Origin: Dendrobates tinctorius
Lineage: Eukaryota
Assembly: GCF_039654945.1 (NCBI RefSeq)
Contig: NW_027361878.1
Coordinates: 23,188,001-23,252,000 of the forward strand
Reading direction: 5' to 3'
Length of the DNA stretch: 64,000 bases
The notes under the pieces: model-generated
What the model saw: only the letters and a program-made list of their open reading frames with translations
What the model was told of the DNA's origin: nothing
Databases searched by the model: none
Program-made: the position numbers and the translations under genes
Shown: positions 1-11,955 of the stretch, one piece after another
Layout of the letters: each line of letters starts with the position of its first letter
How positions within the stretch are numbered: the first letter of the stretch is position 1

Positions 1-630
1 TTGAAAAATCACAAAATTTTGTTACAACTTGAGGCTGCATTAAAATTTTGTGACTTTGCGTTCTCACGCCATTTTTGCCCAGCTCTGACAAAGTGGGCAG
101 AGCAAAGGAAGGATGGACAGGGACGTGGGAGATAACAGTCAGTTGATCAGTTGGGGTGGCGGATGTCACATTCTCACCAATCATACATTGATGACCTAAG
201 GATAGGCCATGAATGTTTAAGTCCTGGAAAAACCCTTTAATATTAGTTTCAAAATGCACACTATGGCTGGCTTTACATGTGTATTTTACGTAAATTCTTA
301 GCACACATCTGCGTGCATTTTACAGCGCCAGGAGAGTGGGGGCGTTTTAACTTAATCTTATCCATATGCTTTGCTTTTGTGTTTGGGTGCTGACTCTGCT
401 GCTCAGAACTTGCCTTTTGTTTTAGAAACGCATCAGTTTGGCGTGGATTCTTCCTATTCATTTCAATAGGGATTTTAAATCTGCAGCAACGTCGTTTTGC
501 TACATTTTGTTTGGCAGGTTTTGTTTGTAGATTTTAGATGCAGAAATGCTCCTGATTTCCGTCACGAAATCCACGTGTAAGTTGTAAGCTCAGTGTAATG
601 TAAAAGTCTGCTGCAATTTCTAGCATGCTA

Positions 631-1943
631 TGTGGGTCGCCCTCCCAGGACTGTGGGGTACTCCGTACCAGGCCGGTGTCAGGGGATTGTGTCACAGCAG
701 CGGTGACCCGGTCCGTGGCCCTGGGCGCCCAAGTAATGGGGGAATGTAGTTAATTGAATGGAATAGCTCGTGACGCCACCAGTGGTGTTTGGCAAGCAAG
801 ATGTTAAGCCAACGCTGCGTGCAGATCCTCTGGGGCTGATGGTGTGCTGCAGCATAGATGGTGTAGCTCCCCACAGGTGAAGCTGTAACCCCAGGGCAGT
901 GAATAGGCGCAGGCGGTGTGAGTAATGTTGGTACCCAGATGTAGCGGTGCTGGCGCACAAATGAATGGAGGACACCAGGGCTTGTAGTTCCAAAGCTTTA
1001 CTCACAGTTCGTGGTACACACTGGTGCCTGCCTCCGTGCCGTGTCCTCCGGGGTAGAGACTCAATCAACCTCCTGGGCAAGTCAGGATTTTCCTCTCCAA
1101 CACCCCGCCAACATATACCTCTCCTGAACGACTCCTCTATTGCGCCTTATAGTGTGAAGAGCTCCAGTACCGTGGTACTCTGAAGTTCCTCCTGTCAAAT
1201 GTTCCTAACAACTCTACTTGTATGACAGACAGCTGTAGCCTCTCTCGGGGACTCCCTTCTCCGGAGTCCTGGCTCTCTATCCAGTTGCTGTTGTGTCCCA
1301 AGTCTTGGATGGGAGTAGTGCATTTACAGCCAACTACTCCACCGGTGTCTGCTGCAGAACCATAAGTGTCCATACAAACTCGGGGACCGGGCCCCGGCCT
1401 TGCACTGAGAACCTATAGGCAGGGTTCCTCTTCCAACCCACAACTCCTCTCTGTTCTCCTACTCCTTCGTTCCGCGCTGTTCCTTCTCTCTTTTATGGAA
1501 GCTTAGGTTGCAGTTCTACGTCTTTCTCCTTCTCTTCTCTTTCCCGTGCCAGCTGGCTCAGATCACTGAGGCAGCTGCAGCACTCCTTCCTCCATCCCTT
1601 CTTCCAGGGATCTGTCCTCAGTCTCTCCTGACTGACTGACCCTCTGTCAGACTGATCTCAGACTCCTCTCAGACTGATCTGTAATTCTAAACTTTCCCAC
1701 TCTTTTATATCTAACTCCACCCACCTCCCAGCACATCTCGTGTTACGAAGCAAGGACCCACGAAAGGTGCTCTGCTACCCTCTAAGCATGAAGCCACAAT
1801 CTGGTCCATTGCTGAACTATCCTGTGTGTGGGTGCAGGTGTTGGAGTGTGGAAAGGAGTTCCCAACTTACCTAAGTGATGGGGCACTATACCTTAGGAGA
1901 AGGTGCAGTACCTCTGTGGCGACTGAGCCTCAGGGGCGCCACA
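631..1943 (-). repeat. 3' LTR of the element
   Basis: Colinear with 3812-5129 apart from scattered substitutions and small indels (for example a 9-bp indel near 4135); preceded on the minus strand by the PPT. Confidence 0.9.
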
Positions 1944-3791
1944 TACCCCCCCGTTAAACACAGCACGTCCGCGGGCTGCAAGATAACAAAGCAGACAGCA
2001 AAGAAATATACAAAAATTTTGTAATGCATAACAAACTTTTCTTATACTAATCTTCCTAGTATAGGAGGTACTCATCTTGAACGTTACAAACAATTCTATC
2101 TTAAATTCTATCTAAAATTTTTAATTCTAAGTGCAATTCTCAATTCAAAGTGCTATTCTCTGTAACACATTTTCTCTCATTTTTCTCTCTTTCTCTAGAC
2201 GCAAGACGCTGACCGCAAATACCTGGTCGTCACCTGTCACTTTCAGTTCTTTATTCATATCGCCCATCTCTATATCAGACATTCCTAATTCTTCTATAAA
2301 AGCCATTTCTCAGTTACTAATACTCTTATAAAACACATTATCAAATACTTCACAGTAAAACATTCAACAGGTTATTCTTGTAAGTGCTGGACACCGCTCC
2401 CAGCCGGGATTTCTTGCAGTGTCCTTTGAGGTAGACATCATCTTCGAAAAGTGTCCATGCAAAACATTATCTTCGCAAAGTGTCTTTATGTAAAACATTA
2501 TCTTCGCAAAGTGTCTTTTATATGTAAAACCAAGAGAGGGCACCTAAAGAGGCGCAACTATTTACAGGTGAGAGTTTTTGGATCACTCCAAGTTCATGAT
2601 CGCTAGTTCAAAATTGGAAAAACGCTGCCATTGCAAAAACTAGGCAACAAAAGTGCTACCAGCAAAACATGATAACAAAAAGGCACAACTGGTGCAAACA
2701 AACCATCCTGGGTAACGAGATTTGAAAAGTGTTTACTTGTAGTCCCCTCCTGGGGTTCTGGAAACTGAACTGGAACTGCTACCAGACGTGGTCTCATCGT
2801 CCTGCTGATTACTTGCTAGCCGCATATACTCTGCCTCCCACAGGGTGAGAGAGGGACTGGCCGGGGTTATGGAAAGGGCCACTGTAACGTCTACTGTCCG
2901 CGGTGACGGCATATCCACTACCTCTGATGGCGCTTCTGCGGCTGTTGGGGACTCAGCTACTGCTGCCGCTGATTCCCCAGAATCCGATTCTTCAGTGTCC
3001 ATCGGGACTTCAGCTAACGGTATTGCAGTCGGGGGTTGTCGGCGGAGGTCAATCGGGCCATTCCTATCTGTAGGTTCTGCTCCCAAGGCTAGGGTCAACC
3101 CCGGGGCAGTATTCATACCTGGCGGTTCCAGACGCGGTTTCCAGCTCCGGTACTGGGTGGTAAATGGCAGCAGCCGCAACTCCCGGAGTGACTGGTGGGA
3201 TGGGCCGCAGTTGGATCCGTGCCGGGGCCAGGTCGGACTCAGTCAGGGTCGTCGGTGGAGATCGGTGCAGCCGCGCCCGGTCAAAGCGGGGGCGCGGTCC
3301 CGGCCCTCCGTTCTGCTCCAGAGCTCTCATATACCTCCTCTGGACGGGACTCACCCAATGGCAACATCAGTTATAAGGCGGTGGTGGCCGCTGCCGAGGA
3401 TGTATCAGCGGTCGCAGCCTCCACAGGGGCGGCCTAGGAGCGAATGGCCTTTCCTTCCCCTGTTCTTCTGACTTCTCATCTTCTTTCATCATGGCGTTCT
3501 GGCATTCTTCCTGCCTCGGCCCTTTCCCGCCACTGGCTTCTTCTGCCCCTCCTTCCGGTGGCGGCGTCTTCTTCCAGCGCCTCCATACCAAGCCAGTATA
3601 CGAACCCCTCAGGGGGTGGGCCATGTCGCTGTCACATAGTAATTCAGGCAGAGAAGGCCCAATACTCTTCGCGGTCTTTTCCTAGGACCTCCCATCTCTT
3701 CACGCCCTTCTTCTCCGCACCAGCGGCCATTTCTAAGTTCAAAGTCTCACAAATTTCATTCGCATAGAACCCGATGGTATCGGGTCTCGTC

Positions 3792-3809
3792 ATCCTGTTC
3801 GTGACGCCA
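3792..3809 (-). other. Primer-binding site complementary to the tRNA-Ser(CGA) 3' end
   Basis: Minus strand TGGCGTCACGAACAGGAT, the complement of ATCCTGTTCGTGACG-CCA, which I recall as the 3' end of a vertebrate tRNA-Ser(CGA); lies just inside the 5' LTR. Confidence 0.8.
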
Positions 3810-3811
3810 AA

Positions 3812-5129
3812 TTGGGGTGCCCTCTCAGGGCTGTGGGGTACTCGGTACCGGGCCGGCGTCAAGGGATTGTGTCACAGCAGCGGTGACCCGGTCCGTGGCC
3901 CTGGGCGCCCAAGTAATGGGGGAATGTAGCTAATTGAATAGAATAGTTTGTGATGCCACCTGTGGTGTTTGGCAAGCAAGATGTTAAGCCAACGCTGCGT
4001 GCAGATCCTCTGGGGCTGATGGTGTGTTGCAGCATAGATGGTGTAGCTCCCCACAGGTGAAGCTGTAACCCCAGGGCAGTGAATAGGCGCAGGCGGTGTG
4101 AGGAATGTTGGTACCCAGATGTAGCGGTGCTGGCGGGGTTGGCACACAAATGAATGGAGGACACCAGGGCTTGTAGTTCCAAAGCTTTACTCACAGTTCG
4201 TGGTACACACTGGTGCCTGCCTCCGTGCCGTGTCCTCCGGGGTAGAGACTCAATCAACCTCCCGGGCAAGTCAGGATTCTCCTCTCCAACACCCCGCCAA
4301 CATGTACCTCTCCTGAACGACTCCTCTATTGCGCCTTATAGTGTGAAGAGCTCCAGTACCGTGGTACTCTGATGTTCCTCCTGTCAGATGTTCCTAACAA
4401 CTCTACTTGTATGACAGACAGCTGTAGCCTCTCTCGGGGAGTCCCTTCTCCGGAGTCCTGGCTCTCTATCCGTGTTGCTGTTGTGTCCCAAGTCTTGGAT
4501 GGGAGTTGTGTATTTACAGCAAACTACTCCACCGGTGTCTGCTGCAGAACCATAAGTGTCCATACAACCTCGGGGACCGGGCCCCGGCCTTGCGCTGAGA
4601 ACCTATAGGCAGGGTTCCTCTTCCAACCAACTCCTCTGTTCTCCTACTCCTTCGTTCCGCGCTGTTCCTTCTCTCTCTTATGGAAGCTTAGGTTGCAGTT
4701 CTACGCCTTTCTCCTTCTGTTCCTTTCCTGTGCCAGCTGGCTCAGGTCACTGAGGCAGCTGCAGCACTCCTTCCTCCATCCCTTCTTCCAGGGATCCGTC
4801 CTCAGTCTCTCCTGACTGACTGACCCGCTGTCAGACTGATCTCAGACTCCTCTCAGACTGATCTGTAATTCTAAACTTTCCCACTCTTTTATATCTCATC
4901 TCCACTCACCTCCCAGCACATCTCGTGTTACGAAGCAAGGACCCACGAAAGGTGCTGTGCTACCCTCTAAGCTTGAAGCCGCAATCTGGTCCATTGCTGA
5001 ACTATCCTGTGTGTGGGATGCTGGTGTTGGAATGTGGAAAGGAGTTCCCAACTTACCTAGGTGATGGGGCACTACACCTTAGGAGAAGGTGCAGTACCTC
5101 TGTGGCGACTGAGCCTCAGGGGCGCCACA
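3812..5129 (-). repeat. 5' LTR of the element
   Basis: Repeat of 631-1943 adjacent to the PBS; minus-strand TATA-like ATATAAAAG near 4885-4894. Confidence 0.9.
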
Positions 5130-5303
5130 CTATGTTCAGCTTGGGCCTGAGCACATTCTACAGATTTTACTCTTTGCTAAACTTTGGGTAAAATTCCTAA
5201 GTCCAAATCCGTAAGGAGATTTGAATGTGAAATTTTCAACGCAAAAATTGTTTTTTTAAATTGATTCTGTACAGGTTATTCCTATATTTGCAACATGCAT
5301 CTA

Positions 5304-5603
5304 GCATACAGGCTAGGGGCAAAGCACAGGCTGGGGGGCAGAGCACAGGCTGGGGGGGCAACGTACAGTCTAGGGGGCAACATACAGGATGGGGGTAGCG
5401 TACAGAATGGGGAGCAGTGTGCAGGCTTGGGGGGCAGCGTACAGAATGGGGGGCAATGTTGGCTGGGGGGCAGCATACAGAATGGGGGGCAGCGTGCAGG
5501 CTGGGGGGCAGCGTACAGAATGGGGGGCAGTGTGCAGAATGGGGGGCAGTGTGCAGGCTGGGGGGCAGCTTGCAGAATTGGGGGCAGTGTGCAGAATGGG
5601 GGG
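5304..5603. repeat. G-rich minisatellite, left (more diverged) block
   Basis: ~19-bp units of type CAGYGTRCAG(GCT/AAT)GGGGGG. Confidence 0.9.
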
Positions 5604-6414
5604 TGTTAGGGCTTGCGGAATGCACCAAATAATAGATGGTAAGAGGTGTGTTCGCAGCCCAGAGTCCACCGTGCAGAGATGACAACTGCAGCTCGGTAAT
5701 GGCGGACAATAACTGGTGGTATAACTAGTACACACGGGTTAACTTCATTCGGTTATTAGAGAGCGGACCCTGTTGCTTCATAGGACCGCGATACCGCTGA
5801 GTGAGTGCTAGTGTTGTGGTCACAGGACCCTGCCCCAAGGACACAGGGTTAGAGTCCCTCTAGACCCACTAGTGTTCGGCGCCGCTACTGCGGTGCCTGG
5901 ACATTCCCAAATTAAAGATAAAGCACACTAGGTGCACACAGCGCCGCACTGGCGGACACCACTAACCAGCCTAACCTGATGGCTGGAAAGCGCAATGTTT
6001 GCGCACGGCGCCGCTCTGGCGATTCCTAACACTCGGTACGATAGTGCCCTGGACAGATTGGCACCATCGGACGCTAGCATGTGCTGAAGACTGGGGGCAT
6101 GGTGGCGAATGCAATGCCACTGGTGGGCTCAGACTCTAACTCCTATTCCCTAAACCCAAGCACAACCAGAGGGAGGGGATCTTAATGAGTCAGTCGCAGT
6201 ACCAAGCATCCGTCATCATACACACCATAAATCACAAGAGTCTATACTAGCGCATGGCTGTGCGGCCATGCATCTCTTTTATAGCAGTGTCCTTCTAGGA
6301 CCTTCCTAGTGGTCCAATGGGAGCAGCAATAGGACCTGAGCATGTGACCTTAGACCTCCAATTAGAGGACTTCCCACGGGCATGCTCAGTGGGCCGAAAG
6401 GACTTAGTCCCAAG
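5604..6414 (-). mobile_element. Truncated LTR-like segment interrupting the minisatellite
   Basis: Starts abruptly with TGTTAGGG, a typical LTR terminus; TATA-like CTATAAAAG on the minus strand near 6276-6284; no matching ...AACA end. Confidence 0.4.
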
Positions 6415-7860
6415 AGTGTGCAGGCTGGGGGGGCAGCGTATAGAATGGGGGGCAGTGTGCAGGCTGGGGGGCAGCGTACAGAATGGGGGGCAGTGTGCAG
6501 GCTGGTGGGGCAGCGTACAGAATGGGGGGGCAGCGTACAGGTTGGGGGGAGCAGCGTACAGAATGGGGGGGCTGTGTGCAGGCTGGGGGGGCATTGTACA
6601 GGCTGGGGGGGCATTGTACAGGTTGGTGGGGCAATGTACAGAATGGGGGGCAGTGTGCAGGCTGGGGGGTCAGTGTACAGGTTGGTGGGGGCAGTGTGCA
6701 GGCTGGGGGGCAGGGTACAGATGGGGGGCAGTGTGCAGGCTGGGGGGGTCATTGTACAGGTTGGTGGGGGCAGTGTGCTGGCTGGGGGGGCAGTGTACAG
6801 AATGGGGGGCAGTGTGCAGGCTGGGGGGGTCAGTGTACAGAATGGGGGGCAGTGTGCAGGCTGGAGGGCAGTGTACAGAATGGGGGGCAGTGTGCAGGCT
6901 GGGGGGCAGTGTACAGAATGGGGGGCAGTGTGCAGGCTGGGGGGCAGTGTACAGAATGGGGGCAGGGTTTCAGGCTGGGGGGCAGTGTGCAGGCTGGGGG
7001 GCAGGGTACAGAATGGGGGGCAGTGTGCAGGCTGGGGGGCAGGGTACAGAATGGAGGGCAGTGTGCAGGCTGGAGGGCAGTGTACAGAATGGGGGGCAGG
7101 GTACAGAATGGGGGGCAGTGTGCAGGCTGGTGGGGCAGGGTACAGATGGGGGGGCAGTGTGCAGGCTGGAGGGCAGTGTACAGAATGGGGGGCAGTGTGC
7201 AGGCTGGGGGGCAGGGTACAGAATGGGGGGCAGTGTGCAGGCTGGTGGGGCAGGGTACAGATGGGGGGCAGTGTGCAGGCTGGAGGGCAGTGTACAGAAT
7301 GGGGGGCAGTGTGCAGGCTGGGGGGCAGGGTACAGAATGGGGGGCAGTGTGCAGGCTGGTGGGGCAGGGTACAGATGGGGGGCAGTGTGCAGGCTGGAGG
7401 GCAGTGTACAGAATGGGGGGCAGTGTGCAGGCTGGGGGGCAGGGTACAGAATGGGGGGCAGTGTGCAGGCTGGTGGGGCAGGGTACAGATGGGGGGCAGT
7501 GTGCAGGCTGGAGGGCAGGGTACAGAATGGGGGGCAGTGTGCAGGCTGGGGGGCAGGGTACAGATGGGGGGCAGTGTGCAGGCTGGTGGGGCAGGGTACA
7601 GATGGGGGGCAGTGTGCAGGCTGGAGGGCAGTGTACAGAATGGGGGGCAGTGTGCAGGCTGGGGGGCAGGGTACAGAATGGGGGGCAGTGTGCAGGCTGG
7701 TGGGGCAGGGTACAGATGGGGGGCAGTGTGCAGGCTGGAGGGCAGGGTACAGAATGGGGGGCAGTGTGCAGGCTGGGGGGCAGGGTACAGATCGGGGGCA
7801 GTGTGCAGGCTGGGGGGGTCATTGTGCAGGCTGGGGGGGCAGGGTACAGAATGGGTGGGC
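6415..7860. repeat. G-rich minisatellite (VNTR), alternating ~19-bp units forming a ~38-bp higher-order repeat
   Basis: CAGTGTGCAGGCTGGGGGG alternates with CAG(G/T)GTACAGAATGGGGGG over ~1.45 kb; this explains the long low-complexity ORFs on both strands. Confidence 0.95.
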
Positions 7861-7913
7861 ATCGCACAAGTTCCCTCCAGACATGTTTGGGCTGAGGGAG
7901 GCTCTTCTCCTGG

Positions 7914-8100
7914 TAGAGGTCACATGAAGGACATGGTACTGCTCTGCCTGTGTCTGCTGCACATAATCCAAATGTTTCCCTGGCAGACGGCGGATCAGCT
8001 GCTCAAGGTCACTGCAGTGTCACTGACAGACGTGTGACCACAGGGAGGCACAGGAGCTGCACAGTGACTTCACTCTGCCTCAAGGTCGCACACAAGGTCG
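7914..8100 (+). promoter_or_regulatory. Cluster of ERR response elements upstream of esrra exon 1
   Basis: Perfect TCAAGGTCA at 8003-8011, TCAAGGTCG 8080-8088, ACAAGGTCG 8092-8100, TAGAGGTCA 7914-7922. Confidence 0.7.
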
Positions 8101-8349
8101 TGCAGAGACGGGACACTACTGCACCACCCGTCTGTACAGCGCGGCACACAGCCCCCGGCATCGCTGCCCAGAGCGGGGACACCGAGCTATCTATCCACCG
8201 TGTCCCCCTCATAGCATATGTAATGAAGCCGGACCGCAGCCAGTCAGCACCGAGCACAGGACCGGCGCCACAGCCGGACACTACACGGCGCAGGCAGTGC
8301 GGCTGCTCAGCATGCTCGGCCACGCCCCTTCCCCGCGGGAGGAGGAGCC

Positions 8350-8553
8350 AGTGTAGGAAGTGTGTGTGAGTGTGTGACACGGAGTGTGTGTGAGTGTGAG
8401 CCGCGTCCTCTGCTGTGTCCTACACTACTGTGTGCACGGACAGCAGCCCGCACGGGAAGAGGAGGAGGACTGCAGCGCCACTGACACACAAGCGATGCAC
8501 GAGTGGGGAGACTGAGTGTCCAGAGCCACGGACAACAACAGCAGGAGCCTGAC
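8350..8553 (+). other. esrra: Probable non-coding exon 1 of esrra (5' boundary approximate)
   Basis: CpG/GC-rich island ~8100-8650 with GC boxes; donor GAC|GTGAGT at 8554. The first coding exon has an acceptor 14 nt before the ATG, so an upstream exon is required. Confidence 0.5.
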
Positions 8554-8689
8554 GTGAGTTCTAACAGGAGCGGGGAATGTGGTGACAGGGTGTGCGCAAG
8601 AGTGAGGACGGCCAGAGACGGGGCTCTGCACGTGTGGCCACGGTAGAGGAGCTCACAACTGTAGTGTGTGGATAATATAGTGTATATCT

Positions 8690-9115
8690 ATAGTATGTGT
8701 GTGTAAATATATATACTGTGTGTGTGTGTAATATATACTGTGTGTGTGTGTAATATATACTGTGTGTGTGTAAATATATATACTGTGTGTGTGTAAATAT
8801 ATATACTGTGTGTATGAGTTATGTGTGTGTAATATATACTGTGTGTGTGTAATATATACTGTGTGTGTGTGTAATATATACTGTGTGTGTGTATGAGTTG
8901 TGTGTGTGTAATATATACTGTGTGTATATGTATTTTTAGAATGTGTGTATGTACAGTATGTGTGTGTGATACAATACTTACATATAATTAGTGTGTGTGT
9001 ATATATATATATATATATAATGTGTGTTTACTAAATAGTATACAATGATGAGTTATAGAATACTAACAGTAAAAGTGCGTGTTTGTGTGTGTGTATGTAT
9101 ATATATATGTGTGTT
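8690..9115. repeat. Compound (TG)n/(TA)n microsatellite
   Basis: Repeated TGTGTGTG-TAATATATAC units. Confidence 0.9.
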
Positions 9116-11287
9116 AATTTAGTCTTTTGTCTCCTATGTATCAAGTCTCTCTGTGCCATTTTTGCATTATTTCAATGATTTACAACGTTACACAGAACTC
9201 TTTATGAAGGCTCATTCGACCAATGTTAGGTCATTTCTGGGCATGTGTAACAAGACAGAGACGCTTTAGCATGTCTCTAACCTGTAGAGAGAAACTATTC
9301 ATTTATATTGGACTGTATACTATATAAAGGAATCTATACATAGCGTGTACGATTGTATGTATGTATATCTGTGTATATGTCACGTGTGTATACCATATCT
9401 ATAAATATCTGTTTTATTACCATTTGCCATAGATTGCTAGGAACCCTAAGACTGCCATGTAGGGGTGCCGCTATTTGCCCCGTCTTACTAATTATCCGTA
9501 TAGATTATACCTAGTCCTCGATGATCACATTATCCCTGCACTGAGCTCGCTCGCTCTTCTTGGAAACATGTAGTGACTTTGAACCAAGGTCATTGGGATT
9601 TTGGAGACGTGGGTCAGTGTACGTGGCTGCAGCTCAGGGCTCTGATCAGATGCAAGCAGTGATATGTAAAGTGAGAGATGTACATGGATGACATTCTGTT
9701 TAGCTAGGAATGTAGTTATATATAATTCTATGTAAGCAGTATTTGTACTTTCCAGATTACTGCTCGCTGTTTAGATGGTCCGGGCTGCTTTTATGCATTA
9801 ACAGGCATTAACCTCTAAAATCTCAAATCGCAGTAATTATAAGTCTTTGTCCGCATTAGTCAAGTTGTTAAACCTATTTTCCTAGTAACTGTTTCCATAC
9901 TTTGGGGGGGGAGGGAGTTGTGTGGCTTACTACTATTGTTGCTCCCATATTAATGATTTAGTTTTCCTAAACAGGAACCTTCCAATATATGTCGTGAATA
10001 CGTTCCCTTCTTCTGCAGTGTCATGCAGAAGTCTGAAAAAGCTGGGTGGCCAGCACTGTAAGAGCAGTAACGGCAGACTTATTTGTATGAATTAAGTTTA
10101 CCATAATGGGCTATAACCAAGAAATTGGTTAATGGGAGGGGGAAAAAAAAATGACGACGCAAGGAATCACTTTAATACGGTCGCTATCAGAATTTAAAGA
10201 GCTTGACAATGTCTGTAAAGCGCTGCAGAATAAGTTAAAGCATAATAATAAAATATATATATAGGTAGATTAGTTTCATACTTTGTGTTTTTCTATCTAC
10301 AGATGTTCCGTCTCTTATAACGACTGTCAGCCAAGGCCAGCCGAGTCGACCACCTGTCGACAAAGGGTGTGTGACCCACCACAGCGGGAGGAGTAGTGTT
10401 GCCTTCATGTGGATCTTCTTGTGAGTTTCCTTCCGGCCATGTTCTTTTTGTTCATTATTAGTATATAATAAAAGTGCATGCAATGAGGCTAAATACATCG
10501 TAAAGTTTGTGTACTCAGGAACTGCGCTCAGTGAGCCGATATATGGTAAAAGTGGGGAGGGGTACAGGTCAAAGGGTAAACTGACCAGTTGCCTAATTTC
10601 TATTCTTTCTGTGTTCCATTTTCATTACTTTTTTTCCTCTTATAATCGAATGGGCTGCTTTCTTATATATTTACATATTTTGTAGCTTTGTGTCTCCGCC
10701 TTGTAATATTGTAACCCTCTTATATGGCAATGCTGGGAGTCCCCGACACTTATGTCTCGTCCAGTCCTTGTTGTTTTCCGCTCCCAACGTTTTACCACTT
10801 GTTTTCTAAAAGCATATTCCGTCAATTTACAGTTCTTGCTCAATTTATCTCCTGTGTAACGCATCAACATAGTTGTGTTGCTACAACTGCGCTACTGTTT
10901 CTGTCCTTTACACCCTTAGGTTATTGCTAAACCAGTCTAACTAAACCCTGGTGTATGAGACTTTACCAGTGCAAAGGTCACTATATCTTCTAGGGTACCT
11001 CCTCTGATTTTTTTTTTCCCCTCTACCTAAGACTAAACTTGTATAATATAATATTAGGATGGTTTCTTTTTATTCTCTTGAGTCCTAGTGATTTGTCTAC
11101 AGTCGTCTTAGTGATTTGCTCCTACAGTATATAGTTAGCGGCTGTTCTGCCTGCCCCAAACAATGTACAATAGGAGTCCTGACATTCCTCCACAACCGGC
11201 TGCTACCTGAATGTGGCTTTTTTTTTTTTCGAGTTTCCATCGTCACAAGATTACTTTTACAGTACATTCTCCATAATATATCTGTAA

Positions 11288-11815
11288 AGCCTGTTTCACA
11301 CTTACCTTTTTCCTGTGCGTTGGCAGCCGCTAAAATGGCAGATAACGGATCCGTGGGCGATGAAACACCAACGGGAGCCACCGGACCGTTGGTGCGCCAG
11401 GATCCGCCGATTTCGGAATTTAAAGGAACCGCGGCTGAAAACAAAAAATTACTACAGGCGATATAGCTGTCAGAGGAGGCGAGATCTCGGGCGATGTCGT
11501 GGTGAGTGGAGGAGAGAGAGAGATTTTTTTTATCCAGCAGCCAGATTGGATTTAGGGTTAAACATGTAGCAAAAGAGGAAAATACGGATCCGGACAACAA
11601 AAAAACGTTGCATTGTCCGTTCGGTGATCTCAGCGGACGCCAAAATTTTGGCGGATCCGCAGAAATACGGATGCAACGGACGATCCTCAGTCAAAATCCG
11701 CCGATAATGAAAGTCAATGGGGAAAAAAATGGATCCGCCAAGATAAATGGATCCATTTTTTTTGCAAATCGGCGGATTTTGACTGATGGTGACAAACGGA
11801 TGTTTGAAACAGGCC
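11288..11815. mobile_element. MITE, PIF/Harbinger-like
   Basis: TIR GCCTGTTTCACAC...TTTGAAACAGGC, TAA/TTA flanks, many internal CGGATCCG palindromes. Confidence 0.6.
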
Positions 11816-11955
11816 TTACCTGTGACTTGTTTCGGTGCATTGCCTTTGGTACGGGTATCCACAGATATTAAGCTATTTGCTATATACAGTACGTTGGAAA
11901 AGTTAGAAAAAAGGCTTTTCTGCCTGATTTCAGAGAATAAAAAAAAGATCATTTA

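Larger units (their letters stand above)
631..5129 (-). mobile_element. Non-autonomous LTR retrotransposon (probably Gypsy-type), two ~1.3-kb LTRs and a ~1.9-kb internal region without pol
   Basis: Direct repeats 631-1943 and ~3812-5129, with TGT...ACA outer ends. PBS at 3792-3809 and polypurine tract (minus AACGGGGGGG, 1946-1955) both read on the minus strand. Flanks CTA(T) at 628-631 and 5130-5133 look like a TSD. No RT, RNase H or integrase motif seen internally. Confidence 0.9.

Noticed and set aside
2845-3767. Plus-strand 208 and 107 aa ORFs in the LTR internal region
   Set aside because: GC-rich antisense shadows of the minus-strand frame, with no recognisable domain.
679-4372. Duplicated 133/136, 88/91 and 72-aa ORFs
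   Set aside because: They lie in the two LTRs and have no recognisable domain; duplication reflects the LTR repeat.
6306-8037. 345-551 aa ORFs on both strands
   Set aside because: They result from a stop-free G-rich minisatellite; low-complexity translations in several frames.
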